A DNA stretch of 64,000 nt from Octopus sinensis (taxonomy: Eukaryota), in contig NC_043011.1 of the NCBI RefSeq assembly GCF_006345805.1, positions 48,372,464 through 48,436,463 on the forward strand, in the 5' to 3' direction. The position numbers were made by a program, and so were the translations under genes. Numbering within the stretch: the stretch's first letter is position 1; every line of letters begins with the position of its first letter. Below, piece after piece: positions 1-12,160 of the stretch. The notes under the pieces were generated by a model. That model ran no database searches and was not told where the DNA came from. It worked only from the letters and a program-made list of their open reading frames with translations.

Positions 1-258
1 ATATATATGTACATATATATATATATATACATATATGTATGTGTGTGTATATGTTTGTGTGTCTGTGTTTGTCTACCCAACATCGCTTGACAACTGATGC
101 TGGTGTGTTTACGTCCCTGTAACTTAACGGTTCGGCAAAAGAGACCATTAAAATATGTACTAGGCTTACAAAGAATAAGTCCTGGGGTCGATTTGCTCGA
201 CTAAAGGCGGTGCTCCAGCATGGCCACAGTCAAATGACTGAAACAAGTAAAAGAGTAT
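1..258 (+). mobile_element. SINE-A, 3' half (window starts inside its internal TA/CA microsatellite)
   Basis: Tail ...catcgcttgacaactgatgctggtgtgtttacgtcc...cagtcaaatgactgaaacaagtaaaagag recurs more than 10 times in the window. Confidence 0.85.
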
Positions 259-1450
259 AAGTTGCCTTGACCTATGAAGTGAATAGTATTAACAAATCTC
301 TGTTTATCAGATCTGTGATATATATAACGAGTCAACTTCTTATATGTAATGATGTCATTTACACTTTACCAAAGCTTACTAACATCATTTTGTCAGTTAA
401 CATCGGACAGTGTAATGATCCGAAAGATAGTTTTTTTTTTCTCGCAAATGCACACACTTTCCTAACTTCTACCTCCTTCCTTAAGAAGGATCGTTTATCA
501 AGATTTTTATCATTTTATTTATCACTTTATTTATTTTTTTTTCGTATTGTTAAAAACAAACTTTGTTTTACTTTTTCAAACATTTCACACCAAACTCTTA
601 AATACTTTATGAACTAAATTCTGTTGAATTCACCTAAGTTAGTTTGATGCTTTTTACTGTCATATATATTAGCATTCACATTTTGTTTGCCGCACACATC
701 TAACTTTTGCTGAGTAAGTGTCTTTCTTTATCTGATCATATATAGTTTGGCATTTTTCTAGATTTATGTAGATGCCTTTATTTTGTAGCAAATTTAATTG
801 TTCACCAGAGACGCTCTGATATCAACCACTAATTTGTATTTGGTAACTTTGTAGAAATTCTGTTTCATGTGAATTATAAAAAGTATCGTGTATAAAAACA
901 TTTTTTTCTGTTTCTGATTCAGTTTATATGACATGGAAATAATAACGCCATACACACATAAAATGTATAAATAAAGAGAATGAGATGGGGGGATGGGTGT
1001 AACATGTTTATATGCATATCGACAACTTTTATATATCAGTCATTGAGTCTCCAACTTATCAAAGTTTAAATATTTTCATGTAACATATGGTGAGCGAGGG
1101 AATGAGAGAGGAGAGAGAGAGAGAGAAGAGAGAGTGTGTGTCTTTATGTATGTGTGTGTGCATATCTGCTTATATGCATATCGATGTATATTTGTCTGGT
1201 CTCTGGACAGGTAACATTCAATCAAAAAACCAAAAGTTGTTGGTGAACTCTTACCAAAATATATGACAAATTTCAGTCTGGCCTTTGTAGTTCCTAGTGG
1301 AAAATCTTAATTTTCTAAAAGTTGCAAGATTCCATCAACTTGTAAACATTTTTGCTGTTGGTCAATATTTGGCTGAATGTAAGGGTGTGGTAAAAATTAT
1401 CACCTATTTTGAACATAATAGAGTTCTATATTTAAGAGATGAGGAATTAT

Positions 1451-1825
1451 ATACATTATTTACATTGTTTACATTTGACGGTTGTTTGTCCTCATCTTAT
1501 TTTTATTAACACGTTTAGGCTGATATACCCTCACTGCCTGGAATCGAACTTGGAATCTTAGGGTTAGTAGCCTGCACTCTAACCACTATGCCCTGGGCAT
1601 ATGGCATAGTGTTAAGAGCATGGGTTACTAATACAAGATTCCAAGTTCATTCCAGCCAGCGACCTGAATAATAAATAATAACATCGAAAAAATGCCTTAG
1701 GAATGAGGAACCCAGGTTTGAAATTTCCTCAGACACTGATGAAGGCTGGAAGGTATATCAGCCGAAATGTTATGTTAATAACAAACAAGATGAGGACAAA
1801 TATCTGTCAAATGTAAATAATGTAT
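1451..1825. mobile_element. Fold-back non-autonomous element: two head-to-head tRNA-derived heads plus Penelope-like HHR-bearing tails
   Basis: tacattatttaca...tttgtcctcatctt...ggctgatatacc (1452-1530) is the reverse complement of ggtatatcagcc...aagatgaggacaaa...tgtaaataatgta (1752-1824); A/B-box tRNA-like segments at 1535-1591 (-) and 1603-1664 (+). Confidence 0.65.
1732..1776 (+). ncRNA. Minimal type I hammerhead ribozyme motif, degenerate copy
   Basis: gaca-CTGATGA-a-GGCTG-gaaggtatat-CAGCC-GAAA-tgtt-atgtt; core boxes and 5-bp stem II intact, stems I and III impaired. Confidence 0.55.
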
Positions 1826-2647
1826 TTTGAACATGTCATTGACTTACTAGCAGGTACCATCTAGGTACAATCATTGGTATTTGTATTGTGGATCGGGTTT
1901 TGACAGTGCAAAAACATAGTAAAGACTATTACGTTGTTGTTGCAAAAATGGTGTTTGACATTTGTGGCTTCTACAACCCATGAAAAATATCCAGTTTATA
2001 ATTGGGAGAGATTTATTTAACAGCAACGTATATATAATGTCTACATCTTGCTACCAGACCTAATTTATTGATCCGCATCTCATATGACAGCATATGCTTG
2101 TTATAATTTGAGGACAGGCAGAAGTGAGTTGCAGTTTTGATAACAGAACCTGATGTTTTTGAAAGGTTGATTTCTTTCCCCTTCAGACCCAAGACGATCA
2201 TGTAGGAATTCTTTTCCTTTCTAAATCAGAAGTTGTCTGCATAATGACTGTATCCTTGCTTGAACATTTTTTTCCCCCCGAAGTATTATGTAACTCTTTT
2301 GATTGGTGCGTAGAGGAAATGGCTTAATTTGATTCGCGAGTGAACTGAAACTAAAAAGGAGACTCTATGAAGACTTGTAACTTGTTAGAATTAGCAACGA
2401 AATTTCCTTCAAAGCAAACCTTGCCATTTTAAACAAAAAAGACCGCATCAGATAATGTAATCTTAAATACGCTGTCTTAATGAGATAAGGTGACCGGAAT
2501 GCCTTTGATCAGGAATCTGCTTAATCAAATTGATCTGAGTCCAAACAACAACAATAATAATTTCAAACATTTATACACACTTTTTAAAAATGCAGCCAAA
2601 ATGTATACATACATACTACATACATCATACATAATAACATACATATA

Positions 2648-2704
<57 letters not shown>

Positions 2705-3054
2705 ACACCTTTGAAGACATACAGACACAAATAACCTCATAAATCTGCTTTTACATACGTTCAGAATATGTGTGTGCAGTGTGAAAAAAATTGTCAAAGC
2801 AACATCTTCAATGCCTCCCAACCCAAACAAACACACACACACGTTGCTTACTCACACTTTGTCTATCTTTCTCTTTCCCTCTCTCTCTGTTAGACATGTG
2901 TAATTCATGCAAAACACCTCGTACAGAAACTTTTGGGACATGAATGCAATGTGCTTGCTCGCATGTACACACGCACACACACAGTCATACACAAATTCTC
3001 AATCGCATAATCATATTTCGGAGTCAGAAAATGTTCAAACCTACACAAAGAGAT

Positions 3055-3100
3055 AAACATGTATATGTGCATACACACACACACACATATACAAATTCAT

Positions 3101-3146
<46 letters not shown>

Positions 3147-3368
3147 ATATATACATGCATATATTCATATATATACATATATATATGCATAATATATATA
3201 TATCTATGCATATATATATATATATGTATATGTCCATATATATATATATTATATGCATATATGTATATATATATGCATATATATATGCATATATATATAT
3301 GTATATATTTATATATATGCAATATACAATATATGTATATATATGTATGTATATATATATGCATATAT

Positions 3369-3408
<40 letters not shown>

Positions 3409-3427
3409 GCAATTACAAATATATATA

Positions 3428-3477
<50 letters not shown>

Positions 3478-3500
3478 TATACATATATATACATATCCAC
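3055..3500. repeat. Compound (CA)n/(TA)n microsatellite block
   Basis: Direct reading; source of several spurious ORFs. Confidence 0.95.
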
Positions 3501-4602
3501 ACATCTCATGTGACATACATTAACGTTAACAGCACATTATTCTATTATTTCCGTGTGGATAAACACATTTGTTCAGAATCAAATTGTGTAATGCAGCTGA
3601 GGACATTAGTTTTTATTTACTTTATTCTGACACAGAAAGGAAAAACAGATTTGCGTAAATCCAATAAACAAAAAACTTTTAAAAAAAAAGGAAAAAGAAA
3701 AGAAAAAAAAAAACATCTCTCCAATCAGAATAAATGAGTTATACGTTGTTTTCTGAAAAATTTCCCTTCAATAAGTGTAGGATTTAGGAAATGTCCTCTG
3801 TTTCTTAGACATAACCTATTTCAACTTGATGAAAGATGTTGTGGTAAGGTCAGAATGTAACTCTTTAAGGGTCGTCATAACAAGAACTTCGATGTATCAA
3901 TGGTAATCGGTTTGATATGTTCTGTGTAGTAGGGAAATCATTCAAGAGAAATTATAAGTAATTAATAAAAAAAAAATTGTTAGTAATTAATAAAGTACCT
4001 TGTTATGGACGAGCTAATGGAATGAATACGAATGCATTAAGGTGAAGGAATTAACCCCTTTAAGGGCAGAGACATTTCCTTTTATCTATCTGTATTGCAG
4101 GTTTTGCCCTGTTTGATGGGGGTCCTTAGATCTTTGACAACAAACTCACCATGATTATTGAAGTAAGTTATCTGAGATAACAGGATGAAACACCATGTCA
4201 TGGTATAAAAAGGTAACTGCTTATAGCAGAGTCCCTTTAACATATTTATCTGTTTAACATAGCATCTGTATTTTTTTACAGATAAATGCCCTTAAATACT
4301 TTTATCTTTTACCTGCGTCAGTGATTTGACTATGGTCATGCTGGGGCACCACCACAATAGGGTTTCAGTTGAATAAATCAATCCCAGGACTTATATTTTT
4401 TAAAGCCAAGTACATTTTCTATCAGTCAATTTTTGCCAAATTGTTAAGTTATGGGGATGCAAACACACCATCACCAGTCATCAAACAATGGTGGAGGACA
4501 AACACAGACACAAAGACACACACATACACATAAATATATACATACATACATACATATATATACATACATACATATATATACATATATATATATATATATA
4601 AA

Positions 4603-4795
4603 GTTAATCCAAGCATGAAAACACAAAGAGAAAACACAACAACGCAAGGACGTGGAACAAGTATAGTGTTATTGGACGCTCAGGAAAAGAAAGAAAGGAG
4701 GAGAATTTAATGTTTCGAGCGGAATTCTTCCTCAGAAAGATCCAAGGAAGGGAAGATGGAGGAAAAAAAAGTCGCCAATGATACACACGCGGTCA
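4603..4795 (-). mobile_element. Penelope-like tail fragment with HHR motif, between (TA)n tracts
   Basis: Minus strand ttt-CTGAGGA-a-gaattccgctc-GAAA-catt-aaa (4706-4738); same family as 29858-30065. Confidence 0.6.
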
Positions 4796-4825
4796 TATAT
4801 ATATATATTTATTATAGTGGGGTAG

Positions 4826-5180
4826 GGGCCAGTTTATGACCTCAGGACTTATTATTTGTAAGCCTAGTACTTATCCTATCGGCCTCTTTTGCCAAACCAT
4901 TAAGTTATAGGGATGTAAACACACCAACATCGGTTGTCAAGTGATGGTAAGGGGACAAACACAAACATACACCCACATGCACATATATATATATATATAT
5001 ATATGACAGGCTTATTTAAGTTTCTGTCTACCAGTTTCTGTCTAACAAATCCACTCACAAGGCTTTGTTGGCCCAAGGCTATAGTAGAAGACACATGCCC
5101 AAGGTGCCACACAGTGGGACTGAACCCAGAACCATGTGGCTGGTAAACAAACTGCTTACTACACAGCCATTCCTGCACCT
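4826..5180 (-). mobile_element. SINE-A, near complete
   Basis: tRNA-like head, internal (TA)n/(CA)n and tail all match other copies. Confidence 0.8.
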
Positions 5181-5261
5181 CCTTTAACATTTTACCACGT
5201 TCTGTTATGAATTTTAATAGCCACATCATTGTTTATCATGGGACCATTTCTATGAGAATTT

Positions 5262-5500
5262 TGATTGCTCGAAACCATAGCGACTGAAGAAGGTTTTTTT
5301 CTCTGTGTTAATTGTCCTGTACTCCATTTTCTGTTGTTTTTAAAAAAATGTTCAGTTCCTTTGGTTTGTGTCTATGTTTTCGTTTCTCTTTGTGTTCGAC
5401 GTCCCTTTGGTGTCCTGTACTCATATATGCGTGTATATGTACATGTAGAGGTAGTACGTACATATATGTTTATATATATGCATATGTTTTATTTCATTTA
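5262..5500 (+). repeat. Interspersed repeat ending in (TA)n, related to 12172-12470
   Basis: Shared tagcgac..tga.gaagg..tttt, tgtcctgtac and catgtaga.gtag.tacgtacatatatg segments. Confidence 0.45.
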
Positions 5501-5538
<38 letters not shown>

Positions 5539-5554
5539 GTAATATATACATATA

Positions 5555-5717
5555 TACGACGGGCTTCTTTCAGTTTCTGTCTACCAAATCCACTCACAAG
5601 GCTTTGGTCAGCCCGAGGCTATAGTGGAAGACACTTGCCCAAGGTGCCACGGAGTAAGACTGAACTCGGAACCATGTGGTTGGTAAGCAAGCTACTTACC
5701 ACACAGACACTCCTACG

Positions 5718-5720
<3 letters not shown>
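5555..5720 (-). mobile_element. SINE-A head half
   Basis: gacgggcttctttcagtttctgtctaccaaatccactcacaagg...cttaccacacag. Confidence 0.8.
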
Positions 5721-5754
<34 letters not shown>

Positions 5755-5925
5755 AATGAGAGATGGAAGATGGAAGATAGCAGAAAGAATTTTCATTAAT
5801 CACTACAATTGTTTCAACCTTACTAGAACCGATACTTCACAGGTGGGACTCTTAACAAAGAGTTCAAGACCATCCAATAGCACAAATATATATATATGCA
5901 CACAAACACACACACACAAGGTATA

Positions 5926-5956
<31 letters not shown>

Positions 5957-6160
5957 TGTATGTATTTATACACACACAAGCGCACATACATACAGACACA
6001 TACATATAATGTTGTGTGTGGGTTTGGGTGTTGGAAAATATTGTCAATATTCTCAACAAATATTTCACCAAACGATGAAACTGTTTCAATGTCTTGAAGA
6101 AGTTATATTCAATTAAATGAATTTGTCAAGATCTCCATTCTATTTATATTACACATGTCG

Positions 6161-6254
6161 TATATGAATATACACACATACAAGTGTATACATATATCAC
6201 ACATTTACGTATAGATACAGATATATATATATATATATATTTGTATGGATACAG

Positions 6255-6286
<32 letters not shown>

Positions 6287-6368
6287 ATATTTGTATGGAT
6301 ACAGATATATATATATATATTAATATATATATATATGTATATATATATATGTGATATATATATATGTG

Positions 6369-6400
<32 letters not shown>

Positions 6401-6555
6401 CTGTATCCATACAAATATATATATATATAATATATATCTGTATCCATACAAATATATATATATATATATATCTATATCTATATATATATATAATAATATA
6501 TATATCTATACGTAAATGTGTGTATATATGTATACACTTGTATGTGTGTATATTC

Positions 6556-6560
<5 letters not shown>
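6161..6560. repeat. About 400-bp palindrome built from microsatellite DNA
   Basis: tatatgaatatacacacatacaagtgtataca...acatttacgtatagat and 2x tttgtatggatacagat are mirrored by 2x atctgtatccatacaaa and tacgtaaatgtgtg...tgtatacacttgtatgtgtgtatattcatata. Confidence 0.85.
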
Positions 6561-6601
<41 letters not shown>

Positions 6602-6694
6602 GCATTTATATATAGATACAGACATATATATATATATATATATTATATATTTATATGAATGCAGATATATAATATATGTGTGTGGTGTGTGTAT

Positions 6695-6740
<46 letters not shown>

Positions 6741-7420
6741 GCATATGCACACATTTCCTTCTGCTCTATCGCACTTCAACAATTCAGACTTACTGGTGCC
6801 TATTTTTGTTGCAACATAATTTTCTGAAGGACCTGGAAACATCTGCTTGGAAACGAAGTATGCTTATTTTGACACCAGCTGCATTTATACATTAGTGCAA
6901 CTCTTAAATGCTAGATGTTTGATGAATATATATCTTCAATCTTGAATGTGTAAAGAAATTTTTTCAAATTTCTTTCGTTTTTTTTCCTTTTTTGTTTTTT
7001 TGTCTTGACTGTATTTTTAAATAATTTCCTCAACATGACCCCCTCTTTGATCACAGATTAATTTCAATCTCATCTAGTTATAGTGAGATATTGACTGTGT
7101 CATATCTATTTTGTGACTTAAAGTTTTCAAGAAAACCCAATAAATTAATTTATTCATTGATTCTATAACGATGATTTTTTTCTTCTTATTTTATTTCTTT
7201 AATCCATTTTATTTTCCTTTAATAATATTTTGTTGGAATGTTGCCAAGCAAGGAAGAATGAGACTGAAGATAAGTGTTTTTTTTTCTTTTTCTTTAAATA
7301 TAAAAATCTCCAAACTATACTAAATGTTCATAAATTCTGTGCTTCAAAGTATTAAGCAGCTTCTTTCTTGCTTTTTATTTTTTCTGCATAGTTTGATTAT
7401 TTAAAGTAAACAAAAAAGTT

Positions 7421-7725
7421 ATAGATGTAAGCATGGCTATATAGATGTGGGCGTGGCTATGTAGGTGTAAGTGTGGCAATATAGATGTAGGGTGTGGCTA
7501 TATAGGTGTAGGGTGTGGCTATAAAGGTGTAGGGTGTGGCTATAAAAGTGTAGGTGTGGCTATATGGGTACTGGCTTGACAATGTGGCAAAAAGTTTGCT
7601 TTCAGCCACATGGACTCTGGTTCAGTCCCACTGCATAGCAACTTGGGTAAGTGACTTCTGCTATAGCCTTGCACTGACCAAAGTGTGAGTGGATTTGGTA
7701 GATAGAAACTAAAAGAAACCACTCT
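7421..7725 (+). mobile_element. SINE-A head preceded by about 7 tandem 20-21-bp copies of its 5' end
   Basis: Units like atagatgtagggtgtggctat (7421-7565) run into ...ttcagtcccactgc...gtgagtggatttggtaga. Confidence 0.65.
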
Positions 7726-7992
7726 CACACACACACACACACACATGCACGCACACACACACACACACACAAATGCACACACACACACACATACACAAAT
7801 GTTATTTAAAACAGTTTGATTCAGAACATTATGAGTTTAAACTTTGCAGGTTTCTTTCAGAAGCCTAAATCATCCAGGCTCAGATCACTAAATTATCATC
7901 TTCATCAGTTTTCCATGCTGGCATGGGTTGCATATGTACACACATACGTACACACACACACACACATCTGTCTATATATGTATGTATGTATA

Positions 7993-8035
<43 letters not shown>

Positions 8036-8067
8036 TTTATTTAAAGCACCAGAAAATTCAACAAAAT

Positions 8068-8105
8068 CTGTTACTCTGAGTTTCACGTTGCCATTCGTCG
8101 GACAG
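8068..8105 (-). ncRNA. Minimal type I hammerhead ribozyme motif (U4C core variant)
   Basis: Minus strand CTGT-CCGACGA-ATG-gcaa-CGT-GAAA-CTC-a-GAG-TA-ACAG; all three stems pair. Confidence 0.6.
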
Positions 8106-8251
8106 TATTCAATGATAATAAAGGGTAAAATTAATTAATCAATTAATATTTAATAATTTTACCAAGCAGTTCAGTATGTTAAAACAACCATTATTGGTAA
8201 ACTTATACAAAAATTCCATAATTATAGAATTTATATATATATATATATAGA

Positions 8252-8289
<38 letters not shown>

Positions 8290-8313
8290 CACACACATAC
8301 ATACATACATACA

Positions 8314-8345
<32 letters not shown>

Positions 8346-8919
8346 CACATGCACACACATATACACATACATACATACCATGTTAATAGAGAGAAAACGA
8401 AGACAGACTGAAAATATTCAGACGATGAATATTTATGTAAAAATATAAAGATGTTTATATGTTAACAGTGCAAACTTAAACTTAGTACAAAAGACACAAA
8501 AAATTAAAGGGAGAATTTATGGTACTACAGGTCCAAAAGCTGTTTCTGGGGGTTCAGAATTACATCATAATGTTGGCAGATGTGGTTTGCAATATGTCAA
8601 GAATATGCAACCAGTAGTGGATGCATATAGACATTAGGTAGATCTGGCCTCCGTCTTCAGGGCAGTGAGATATATATTTGTTATTCAATGTCTTACTTTT
8701 CCATGTTTCATAGCTCTGAGATTCCTTTTGATTTGGCTTATATCTTTACCGGCTTTGTTATCACTGTGGGTCCATCTGTTTCATCTAGGTAGTGAGCTGG
8801 CAAAATCATTAGCACATGGGATGAAGCGCTTAGCAACATTTCATCCATCTCTATGTTGTGAGTCGAAATTCCACCGAGACCCACCTTACCATTCATCCTT
8901 TAGGGATCAATAAAATAAG

Positions 8920-9242
8920 TTGTTGTTGTTTGTTCCTTCTCGAGCCCTGCCTGGCTCATAAGGGCCGGTTTCCCGGTTTCCCAGTTCCCGTGACGTATAG
9001 GTTCCCCACTTGGACGGGATGCCGGTCCGTCACAGGTGAGCTGCAAGATGCAGGAGGAAAGAGTGAGAGAAAGTTGTGGTGAAAGAGTAAGCAGACGTTC
9101 CCCATTACCTTCTGCCGGAGCCGCGTGGTGCTTAGGCGTTTCGCTCATAAACACACACATCGCCCGGTCTGAGATTCGAAACCACGACCCCCTCCCCCAA
9201 CCGCAAGTCCGCTGCTCTAACCATTAGGCCATGTGCCTCCAC
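8920..9242 (-). mobile_element. SINE-C with tail type 2
   Basis: tRNA head gtggaggcacatggcctaatggttagagcagcggac; homologous to 33955-34260. Confidence 0.8.
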
Positions 9243-9384
9243 AATAAAATAATTACCAGTTGAGCATTGGGAATCGATGTAATTGACTTAGCTCCTCCCT
9301 TGAAATTGCTGGCCATGTGCCAAAATTTGAAATCATTTTTACCTCCATCTTAAAATTACTGCAAATGCAGGAATATTGTTTATA

Positions 9385-9722
9385 GTTGTGTTTGTTTATT
9401 TGTCCAAGGACGAGATATCTCAAGAACCATTGGATGGATTCAAATGAAACTTACAGGGATGTTTGGCCTCATGACTGACACAAACTGATTAGGTTTTAGG
9501 ATCGATCCAGTATCGGGCAAGGATTCTGGATTATTTTTCCTGTTTTTTTTTACTTAATTTTGAGAGCAGTCAAGTTCATTTTTAGTATTCTCATTTGTGA
9601 GAGCAATCGAGTTTATTTCAGATATTCTCCTTTTAAAAATCATCTCTGGATAATCGTTGAGAGGATGTTGGTGTTGCCTTGGCAGAGGTTTGCCCTCTCT
9701 GAGCGCTCTTGTTATTCTTGTT
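9385..9722 (+). mobile_element. Non-autonomous Helentron/Helitron2-like element
   Basis: 5' tgtttgtttatttg...ggatggattcaaatgaaactt and 3' ttggcagaggtttgccctctctgagcgctcttgtt resemble ends I recognise from such elements; family assignment is inference. Confidence 0.45.
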
Positions 9723-9743
9723 GCTGTTGTTGTAGTTATTATA

Positions 9744-10130
9744 GTGGAAGCGCAATGGCCCAGTGGTTAGGGCAGCGGACACGCGGTCGTAGGATCGCGG
9801 TTTCGATTACCAGACCGGGCGTTGTGAGTGTTTATTGAGCGAAAACACCTAAAACTCCACGAGGCTCCGGCAGGGATGGTGGTGATCCCTGCTGTACTCT
9901 TTCACCACAACTTTCTCTCACTCTTACTTCCTGCTTCTGTTGTACCTGTATTTCAAAGGGCCGGCCTTGTCACTCTCTGTGTCACGCTGAATATCCCCGA
10001 GAACTACATTAAGGGTACACGTGTCTGTGGAGTGCTCAGCCACTTACACGTTAATTTCACGAGCAGGCTGTTCCGTTGATCGGATCAACCGGAACCCTCG
10101 TCGTCGTAACCGACAGAGTGCTTCCATCCA
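9744..10130 (+). mobile_element. SINE-C with tail type 1
   Basis: A box tggcccagtggtta, B box ggtttcgattac; tail shared with 17255-17577. Confidence 0.8.
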
Positions 10131-10424
10131 GTTATTATAATACGGTCTTATGTTTATTGCATGCTGTCATGGAAGTGTTGAACACAGGATTGAGTGCCTC
10201 GAGCATATGCAGTGTTTCGCTTCAGATTTGTTGTTCCTATTGTATTGAAAGAATTGTACGTGATACATGTGCAGTGCCTGGTAGTGCTGTTTGCTGTATG
10301 TTGCACATATCTGTAATTCCTGTGGCTTTGTTTATGAGTTTGTCTGCATGTTTTAGTTCATTCCCAAGGCATTATTTATTATATGGATTGTATTCGTTTT
10401 CAGCCCACACATTTGGGTTATGTG

Positions 10425-10825
10425 TATTTCATCATCATCATCATCATCATCATCACATCATTATCATCATTGTCATCATCATCGTCGTCATCATCTTCGT
10501 TGTCATCACTATCGACATCATCATCATCATTTTCCTTGATCGTCATCATCATCATCATTGTCATCATCATCATCATTGCCATCGTCATCATCATCACCAT
10601 CTTCATTGTCATCACTGTCGTCATCATCATCATCATCATCGCCATTATTTTTCTTGATCATCATCATCATTGTCATCGTCATTGTCCTCATCATCATCGT
10701 CATCATTTTTCTTGGTCGTCATCATCATTATTATCATTGTCATTATCATCATCGTCATCATTACCATCTTCATCAATCACCACCACTACTGTGATCATCA
10801 TCATCATCATTATCATCATTATTTA
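10425..10825. repeat. (CAT)n/(CGT)n trinucleotide tract
   Basis: Direct reading; poly-His/Ile/Ser ORFs here are artefacts. Confidence 0.95.
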
Positions 10826-11544
10826 AATTTTCATTATTGAATTATCTTGAGATAATTTCCCTCCGGGCAATTATATTCGTCAACAGGATTTAAGAGTTGC
10901 TATAAATTTCTCTAATGAATGACTAGTAACGAAGACACAATAGCAACAACACCATTAAGTAACAACATTGAAATCAGTAATTCCTCAAAGGGGGAAAAAA
11001 ACGGTAAAAAAGAAGTCTTTTAGTGTTTCAGTAAATAACAAAAGAAATACAATTCGGTAAAAGATTAGATGCTAACTGCAGAAACACTGCTTTTACAGGT
11101 GAAGATTAGAGTTAATTGGTGTCAATAGCTCTCTAGTGTTGCAGTCTTCATGCCTCTGTCTCCTTAATTAAGAATCTCTTGGACAAGATGCGTTTTTGGT
11201 GTGTTAAATAAACTTAGGTTACGATTTCTGGAAAATAAGGAAATCATTCACTTAGAATGTAAATGCGTTTGTCTGTGGAGAGTGTATGTGTGTGTGTGTA
11301 TCTGTGTGTGTGCATGTGTGTATGAGTGTTTGTATTTGGGTATATGTCTCAGCAGTGAGGGCACATGGATGAGTGGTTAGGATGTTGTATTTAAGATTAC
11401 AAGACAGAGGTTTCAATTCTTAGAGCAGGTGGTGAATTATGTCCCACTTCATCTCACATTGCCCATGTAATCACTTTGGCACCTGATGTGTGGTACACCA
11501 TGATTTATTTGCTTCAAATTTCAGCATTTAAAAAAAAAAATCAA

Positions 11545-11835
11545 GGTCATTGCCAGTGCCACCGGACTGCCTTCTGTGCAGGTGGCACATAAAAAGCACC
11601 ATTTGAGCATGGCCATTGCCAGTACCACCTGATTGGCCCTCATGCTGGTGGCATGTAAAATCACCCTCTACACTCTCGGAGTGGTTGGCGTTAGGAAGGG
11701 CATCCAGCTGTAGAAACTCTGCCAGATCAGATTGGAGTCTGGTGCAGCCATCTGGTTCGCCAGACCTCAGTCAAATCGTCCAACCCATGCTAGCATGGAA
11801 GGCGGACGTTAAACGATGATGATGATGATGATGAT
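11545..11835 (+). mobile_element. SINE-D (3' end resembles the RTE LINE tail; ends in (GAT)n)
   Basis: ttggcgttaggaagggcatccagctgtagaaa...caacccatgctagcatggaaggcggacgttaaacgatgatg; similar end at RTE remnant 58380-58420. Confidence 0.75.
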
Positions 11836-11924
11836 ATGATGTTTCACATCTTTTTGGAGATTTTAATTTCTTATGATGTCAACAACATACAATTCTCACT
11901 GGTAAGAATGCAGTTTGTAATTGA

Positions 11925-12160
11925 AACCGTGAGTGTTTATTGAGCAAAAACACCTAAAGCTCCACAAGGCTCCGGCAGGGGGTGGTGGCGATCCCTGCTG
12001 TACTCTTTTGCCCACAACATTCTCTCACTCTTTCTTTTGTTGGCCTGTGTCATTTGAAGCGGGGTGGCATCATTTGAAGGCTAAAACAATGCGAAGCGCA
12101 CTGTGACCAGCAATGTGTAGCAACATCTGATAACCTGGTCGGTCACGTGATCTCGTGATA
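11925..12160 (+). mobile_element. SINE-C, 5'-truncated, tail type 3
   Basis: gtgagtgtttattgagcaaaaacacctaaagctccac...gtgaccagc...ggtcggtcacgtgat(TA)n; matches 43245-43550. Confidence 0.75.

Noticed and set aside
1535-1664. tRNA genes
   Set aside because: A/B boxes are present but there is no complete acceptor stem or cloverleaf; these and other tRNA-like segments are SINE heads.
4101-4162. Exon-like segment with acceptor, ATG ATT ATT GAA and GTAAGT donor
   Set aside because: Lies between short inverted ends (taagggca...tgccctta) suggestive of a MITE; no convincing downstream exon.
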